The notes beneath the pieces were generated by a model. The model had not been told where the DNA came from. It saw only the letters and a program-made list of their open reading frames with translations, and did not search any database. Position numbers and translations under genes: made by a program. A DNA stretch of 41,266 nucleotides from Octopus bimaculoides (taxonomy: Eukaryota), in assembly GCF_001194135.2 (NCBI RefSeq), contig NC_068983.1, forward strand, positions 156,975,280-157,016,545, in the 5' to 3' direction. Positions 35,315 to 41,266 of this stretch are shown piece by piece (within the stretch, counting starts at the first letter, position 1; every line of letters begins with the position of its first letter).

Positions 35315-35411
35315 ATCCTTTCGGTGTCGATCAAATAAATACCAGTTTGGAACTTGGGTCTATATAATCGACATTGTTGAAATTGCTGATCTTGTACCAA
35401 AATTTGAAATC

Positions 35412-35460
<49 letters not shown>

Positions 35461-35645
35461 AGGCAGCGAGCCGGCAGAATAATTAACGCGCCGGACAAAA
35501 TACTTAGACGCCCGCTGAGGTCTTGACTTTGCATTTCATCTTTTCGGAGTCGATAAAATAAGTACCAGTTAAGGACTTGAGTCAATATAATTAATTTACA
35601 TACCTCCCTCGGAATTACTGGCCTTGTTGCAAAATTTTAAACTAT
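35315..35645 (+). mobile_element. tandem SINE family C copies separated by (AGT)n
   Basis: 3' half ending AAATTTGAAATC, then (AGT)n at 35411-35460, then AAGGCAGCGAGCCGGCAGAAT...GTCGATAAAATAAGTACCAGTT...GGCCTTGTTGCAAAATTTT. Confidence 0.8.
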
Positions 35646-37097
35646 TATATATAGTTTTTTGTGTGAATTTTTAATAAATGTTTGTGTGGAGATAGTGAGA
35701 GCTGAGACATTCTACCACAATGTATGCTACTGTCTTGTTCTAAGTTCTACGGGACCTGCATGTCCTGGGGTAGATATAATCGACTAACACTTCCCCTAAA
35801 ATTTCAGTCCTTGTGCCTAAAGTAGAAAGGACTATTATTATTATTATTATTATTATTGTTATTGTTGCTGTTGTTGTTGTTATCAATTGTAGCTGATTGT
35901 TTAGTAGAATTGATAGTGTCGAAAAAGTCTATGCTATATCTATTGACGACTCTTTACGTTCTGGATTCAACCCCCGCCGAGGTCAAATTTGCTTTTCAAA
36001 TAAAGTACGAATCAACCACTTAAATCGATGTAATCGGCTGCTTCTCTTCCTCATTTATTTGTCCGGCATAGAAAACCCAGCTCCTACACTTGTTTTAGCA
36101 TGAGCCGCTTGTGGGGTTTTTGTCCAGAAGTGATCGAAAGACAGAGAAAAGAACATTGGCAATTTCATTAACAGGGCAAACATACCGTTGCACTTAGTGC
36201 ATCACTGACCGTAGCATCTAAAACGATTAGTGAGCTTATTTATTGAATGTATGGTGGTCTTTATCGTGTTCTTTTGTTTCTTTTCTTATGTCATATGCAT
36301 TTTATACGTTGAATTGTGGCAGAACATATTTTCATGTGTAATTTGTAGTTCTCTTTTATTTTCAGTGTCTTTTCTTTCTAAGAGATATTCTATTTCAATT
36401 TTTGGGACTTTTTATTGCCTGTTATAAATCCCTGTACACTCACAAATGTGTTTGCTGAGAATTTTTTCTCACTTCTATACGTTTTACTCCACAGCTCATA
36501 AATCTCCTTTATAGTATTTCTGTGTGCTATATAGAGTGTTAATGGACAATAGGAACGTAACACTTAAATATAATGTTCACTGACCGACTTTCTCTTTTAA
36601 TTTTGCTTCATTTTGGATGCTAGCAATAACAGACTGTCTTTTTGTTCGAAGTTAACTTTTTGAAAGGACGCTATTTCTAAACCACTTTTTATGTTAAATT
36701 TGTATAGTGATTTCATTAAACTCCCTAGTTGTAGTCATTGATGATGATGATGATGATGAGGAGGAGGAGGAGGAGGAGGAGGAGGAGGAAATCCGAGCCA
36801 TTCCTAAAGCTTAATCTATGCGTATCTATCTTTTAAAATTCAGCCTTCTCATTACCCAAGTTACCCCATATAACGCTTTTGTTCGTAAAGTAAAATAATA
36901 AAGTCCTACAAGTAAGTTCAGTTCAAAATATTTATTTACACCAGGATTGGTGTCTTTTTCAATAATTATCTTATTCCAAGTTGTGAATAGAGACACCAGG
37001 AATCTGCTATTGGTTGTGTATCCTCTCCAGACGGGCGATTTTCGACCCACCAAATAATTTCGGTGGACGTTAAATTTAATTGAACCAAATACAACTC

Positions 37098-38220
37098 AAC
37101 AAGATGGCGGAGCGCGTTTTGAAAGAGTTCAGAAAAACAAAACAAATCCTCCTACCAATATGGTAATGGATGAAGACTTCCTCCCCCTTCCCTCCGTTAT
37201 GGGCAACAAAACAAGGGAAGAGGAGGAGAAAAGCAAGACTGTCATGGTACAAAGTCCAGCTAACAGTAACAACAATAGTAGCAGAAACACTAACAGCGCT
37301 AGAAATGACAACAGCAGCAGCAGTAGTAGTAGTAATGATAGCAACAAGCACAAAAAAGACAGCAACGGCAGCGGCATTAGCGATAACAACAACAACAACA
37401 ACAAGAGCAAAACTGACAACAGCAACAACAACATCGACAAGAACAACAACAACAACAACGGCAGCAGCAGCAACTAGAGTAACAACAACAAAAACAACAA
37501 GGACAGTATCAATGTTGTTGTTTTTTGTTTTTGTTTTTTGGCACTCCGTCGCTTACGACGTCGAGGGTTCCAGTTGATCCGATCAACGGAACAGCCTGCT
37601 CGTGAAATTAACATGCAAGTGGCTGAGCACTCCACAGACACGTGTACCCTTAACGTAGTTCTCGGGGATATTCAGCGTGACACGGTGTGACAAGGCTGAC
37701 CCTTTGAAATACAGGCACAACAGAAACAGGAAGTAAGAGTGAGAGAAAGTTGTGGTGAAAGAGTACAGCAGGGTTCGCCACCATCCCCTGCCGGAGCCTC
37801 GTGGAGCTTTTAGGTGTTTTCGTTCAATAAACACTCACAACGCCCGGTCTGGGAATCGAAACCGTGATCCTATGACCGCGAGTCCGCTGCCCTAACCACT
37901 GGACTATTGCACCTCCACACAGTACCAATAACAATAACAAAAATGTATTCGCAACAGCAGTAGCGAAGAACAAACTACTCTTTACCATAGACCTCACAAA
38001 TAGGGATCAGATGCTACCATAGGCATGGAAACTAATAAGACAAGAGAAGACATAGCCAACCTGACAATCCCATCAGAGGCAATTAAAGCAGAGGAAAGAA
38101 GAACAGTGCTTTTCAGATGCCTCTCAGGAGACACGAAAAGAGCGACTTTCATGGCCCAAGTAGATATTGAGGCGGCGCTGAGGTGCATCAGAAATGACAT
38201 CAAATACGTAGCGAGGGGCT
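37098..38220 (+). pseudogene. probable 5' end / ORF1 remnant of an L1/Tx1-like LINE, interrupted by a SINE
   Basis: AAGATGGCGG (YY1-type motif) at ~37101, then MVMDEDFLPLPSVMG plus an Asn/Ser-rich low-complexity tract. After the SINE it continues ...METNKTREDIANLTIPSEAIKAEERRTVLFRCLSGDTKRATFMAQVDIEAALRCIRNDIKYVARG. The ORF1 assignment is inference. Confidence 0.4.
37513..37916 (-). mobile_element. full-length tRNA-derived SINE family A with AAC-rich tail and 11-bp TSD
   Basis: Matches 10603-10964 and adds the 3' end AGCGACGGAGTGCC plus tail. TSD is ACAGTA(T/C)CAAT at 37503-37513 and 37919-37929. Confidence 0.95.
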
Positions 38221-39218
38221 ACGACTATTTCCCTCCCACAAAATTTCAGGCCTTATGCCTGTAGCGGAAAGGATCATCGTTATTTGAACGCAGCCCTTCT
38301 GTGATTGATATAAGACGTAGAGCAACGGAACAAACGCACTGTGAAGTTTGTTTCAGCATATTCCTTTCTGAGCTCAAATCCTATTGAGGTCTACTTATCG
38401 TATCATCCTTTAGTGGTTGATACACTAAACTTCAATTCAAGTACTGGAATCGATTTAATCAACTGTTCCGTTCCCTCCATCCAAATCTGAATCTTTTTAC
38501 TTATGTCAGAAATTATTTAAAAGACTTGGTAATGTATGAGAATTTAGTTTGCGTATTTAGTTACGTCCCTTTATGTTTTGAGCTTAAGTCTTGCTAGGGT
38601 TGACATTACTTTTCATCTTTACGATGTCAATTAAATAAATGCTGCCAAAGTACTAGAATCACCGTAACCCCTTACAACTGCCCATTTAGATGTAGCACTG
38701 TACCTTTGCTAAAAGTCATTATAATCGTTATAACCATTATCATCGTCATCACCCCTATTACCAATTATTACCGTTACTATTATTGCCATTAGCTTAAAGA
38801 CTTTTTCGAAACAAACACCAAATGCGCCATTTCAAAACGAAATTAGATTTTTCTGTTTAAACTGCGATCACTTAAAGTTCAAAGATTGGCTTTTAAATAG
38901 CCCTTTCCAATAACTTTAGGGACTGTAACGAGTGACATACGGGGTCTTTTCAGGTCATTCAGCCTTCAGTTTTTTAATTACTTTTTATGATTTTTTCAGA
39001 AATTTTCTTCCCACTGATTACGTGATTGATTATTCATTTGAAACCTTAAGAAAATGCATTCATCTTTAATCGGTTACATTTTTAGTAAAATTGAAAATTC
39101 TATTGTGAATGTTTCAATACTGAAATCTTCTGTCTTTGTGGTGAAGGGGTCTTGTAAATCATTCATCATCATTATCAGCAGCAGTAGAAGTAGCAGCAGT
39201 AGCATTTTCTTCTTCTTT

Positions 39219-39265
<47 letters not shown>

Positions 39266-40160
39266 TACTACACTTTTTTCTGTTTTTTTTTCTATTCTGT
39301 TCTTTATTCTTCTATCTTCTGTCTGCACACCTGCTGTTTTTGTCTTGACTTTTTTGTCTTTAATTTTCTATATCCTTTATAGAATTAATTTTCAAACGAC
39401 ACCTGTGATTGTGGTTTTCTGCTGTGTATATTATATGATGTCTTTAGTGTTGTCCACTCATGGGCAATAATTGGAATAAAAGGTTGAGGCGATCAAATCA
39501 ACGCAGGGCGCCCCTGTACTTCATTGACTGGCACAATAATGGTTTCAAATTTTGGCGTAATGATCAAAACATACTTTGATATAGTTGGAGTTGAACAGAG
39601 AATCTCACTCAGTCGGAATATACAGATCAGCTTTCGTGGCTTTTTTTTTTCAGAACCTCCATAACTGGGAATAAGAAAAGTGGGAGTAGGAAAAGTAGGT
39701 ATATAGTAAAACTCATTGGCCACCTAAAAATCGAAACACGTTTTTGAATAATTATCGTAGAGTAGACTCCACTAAAGCACCATGGTCAGCATTATCACCC
39801 ATGGTGATAAACCTGGCCATTTCTGATATGATGTCAGCTTTTTGTAACAGTAACTGACAATCAAATTTCTCCCTGGCACTTTCCTATCCTCTTGTCATAG
39901 AACGTTTTATTTATTTGCGCTTCGTTTATTTCTTCATTTGTTACAGGATACTGTTTAGCAGTTATGGGGAGTGCATATAATTAAGCATTTGCACGTCAAG
40001 GTGAAAGAATATTATTTTGATGCAAATATTCTTTCCATATATTATTTTGATGCAAATATTCTTTCAGCATAAACTCAGTAATTCTCTAATTAATAATACT
40101 TAACTATGGTCTGTCATATGGCGGAAATTTCCAAAATTAAATCATGCTTTCTTGAAATAT

Positions 40161-40390
40161 TTACTCTTTTACTCTTTTACTTGTTTCAGTCTTTTGACTG
40201 TGGTCATGCTGGAGCACCGCCTTTAATCGAGCAAATCAACCCCAGAACTTATTCTTTGGAAGCCTAGAACTTATTCTATCGGTCTCTTTTGCCGAAGCGC
40301 TAAGTTACGGGGACGTAAACACACCAGTATCGGTTGTTAAGCGATGTTGGAGGGACAAGCACAGACACACAAACACATACAAACATACAT

Positions 40391-40425
<35 letters not shown>

Positions 40426-40675
40426 NNNNNNNNNNNNNNNNNNNNNNNNNNNNNNNNNNNNNNNNNNNNNNNNNNNNNNNNNNNNNNNNNNNNNNNNNNN
40501 NNNNNNNNNNNNNNNNNNNNNNNNNNNNNNNNNNNNNNNNNNNNNNNNNNNATATACGACGGGATTCTTTCAGTTTCCATCTACCAAATCCACTCACAAG
40601 GCTTTGGTCGGCCCGAGGCTATAGTAGAAGACACTTGCCCAAGATGCCACGCAGTGGGACTGAACCCAGAATCAC
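40161..40675 (-). mobile_element. SINE family B, near full length, with a gap in its internal microsatellite
   Basis: Head/core reverse-complements to GGTTCAGTCCCACTGCGTGGCATCTTGGGCAAGTGTCTTCTACTATAGCCTCGGGCCGACCAAAGCC. The tail has (AAAGAGT)-type repeats. Confidence 0.92.
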
Positions 40676-40871
40676 ACAGCCACTGAGTAAAAATACAATT
40701 CAATTCTTTGTATCCTTCGCATTCCCAATTCGTAAATCCTTTGGTCTGCTCTAGTCAAGTCACTTTCAGAGAGAGATAAAAGTAGCCGTATTACAGAGAG
40801 ACACAGTAGCAGGTAACAACAATTGTATTGCCTTACCAAACATGCTGTCAACATTTACGTTCTGCGTATGA

Positions 40872-41036
40872 ACATATGCATTGGCGTGAGGTAAGGAGCT
40901 TGATTTTCAACCATATAGTTCCGGGTTCAATCCCACTGCATGGCAGCTTGGGCAAGTGTCTTCTACTAGGTCCTCAGGCCGACCAAATCCTTGTGAGTAG
41001 ATTTAGTAGATGGAAACTGAAAGACGTCCGTCGTAT
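40872..41036 (+). mobile_element. SINE family B 5' half followed by (GATA)/(GA)n
   Basis: GGGTTCAATCCCACTGCATGGCAGCTTGGGCAAGTGTCTTCTACT...GGAAACTGAAAGACGTCCGTCGTATA. Confidence 0.9.
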
Positions 41037-41051
41037 AGGTAGATAGGTAGG

Positions 41052-41104
<53 letters not shown>

Positions 41105-41234
41105 GGTGTAAATGCTGATAGCCTCTTCATGTCAAAAATAATATATATATATAATCCATACATACATACACACACACATATATATATATACATATATATA
41201 CATATATATACGAATATATATATATGTATATATA

Positions 41235-41266
<32 letters not shown>

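Noticed and set aside
421-41265. Most ORFs in the supplied track (YIYI, CVCV, LSLS, poly-N/D/Y/L and X-filled ORFs)
   Set aside because: They are translations of microsatellites and N gaps, not genes.
1-41266. CRISPR array or prokaryotic/viral gene cluster
   Set aside because: No regularly spaced repeat-spacer array, no dense ORFs and no operon-like signals. The content is eukaryotic repeat-rich DNA.

Overview
AT-rich eukaryotic (animal) DNA from a gapped draft assembly, with N-runs mostly flanked by microsatellites. The SINE families and repeat content look to me like an octopus (coleoid cephalopod) genome; this is recognition from memory, not a search. I found no intact long ORF, no CRISPR array and no rRNA or true tRNA gene. 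Most ORFs in the supplied track are microsatellite or N artefacts. The window is mainly decayed transposons: a piggyBac transposase pseudogene (~6.4-8.0 kb); mariner remnants (0.3-1.5 kb, 28.1-28.8 kb); a TA-flanked MITE with 151-bp TIRs; Penelope-like (PLE) RT and GIY-YIG fragments plus six degenerate hammerhead-like PLE terminal motifs; a same-strand pile-up of R4/Dong-type RLE non-LTR fragments in (TAA)n arrays (29.2-32.9 kb); a different RLE element with (ACAT)n tails (14.8-15.5 kb); a probable L1/Tx1-like 5' end (37.1-38.2 kb); and many copies of three tRNA-derived SINE families. Three short minus-strand segments with canonical splice signals (15588-15701, 14345-14463, 8869-8930) may be exons of an unidentified host gene. 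They splice in one frame broken by a single TGA two codons before an ATG. I found no clear evidence for a wholly new biological system. The best leads are the microsatellite-targeting RLE elements, the hammerhead-like motifs and the candidate exons.
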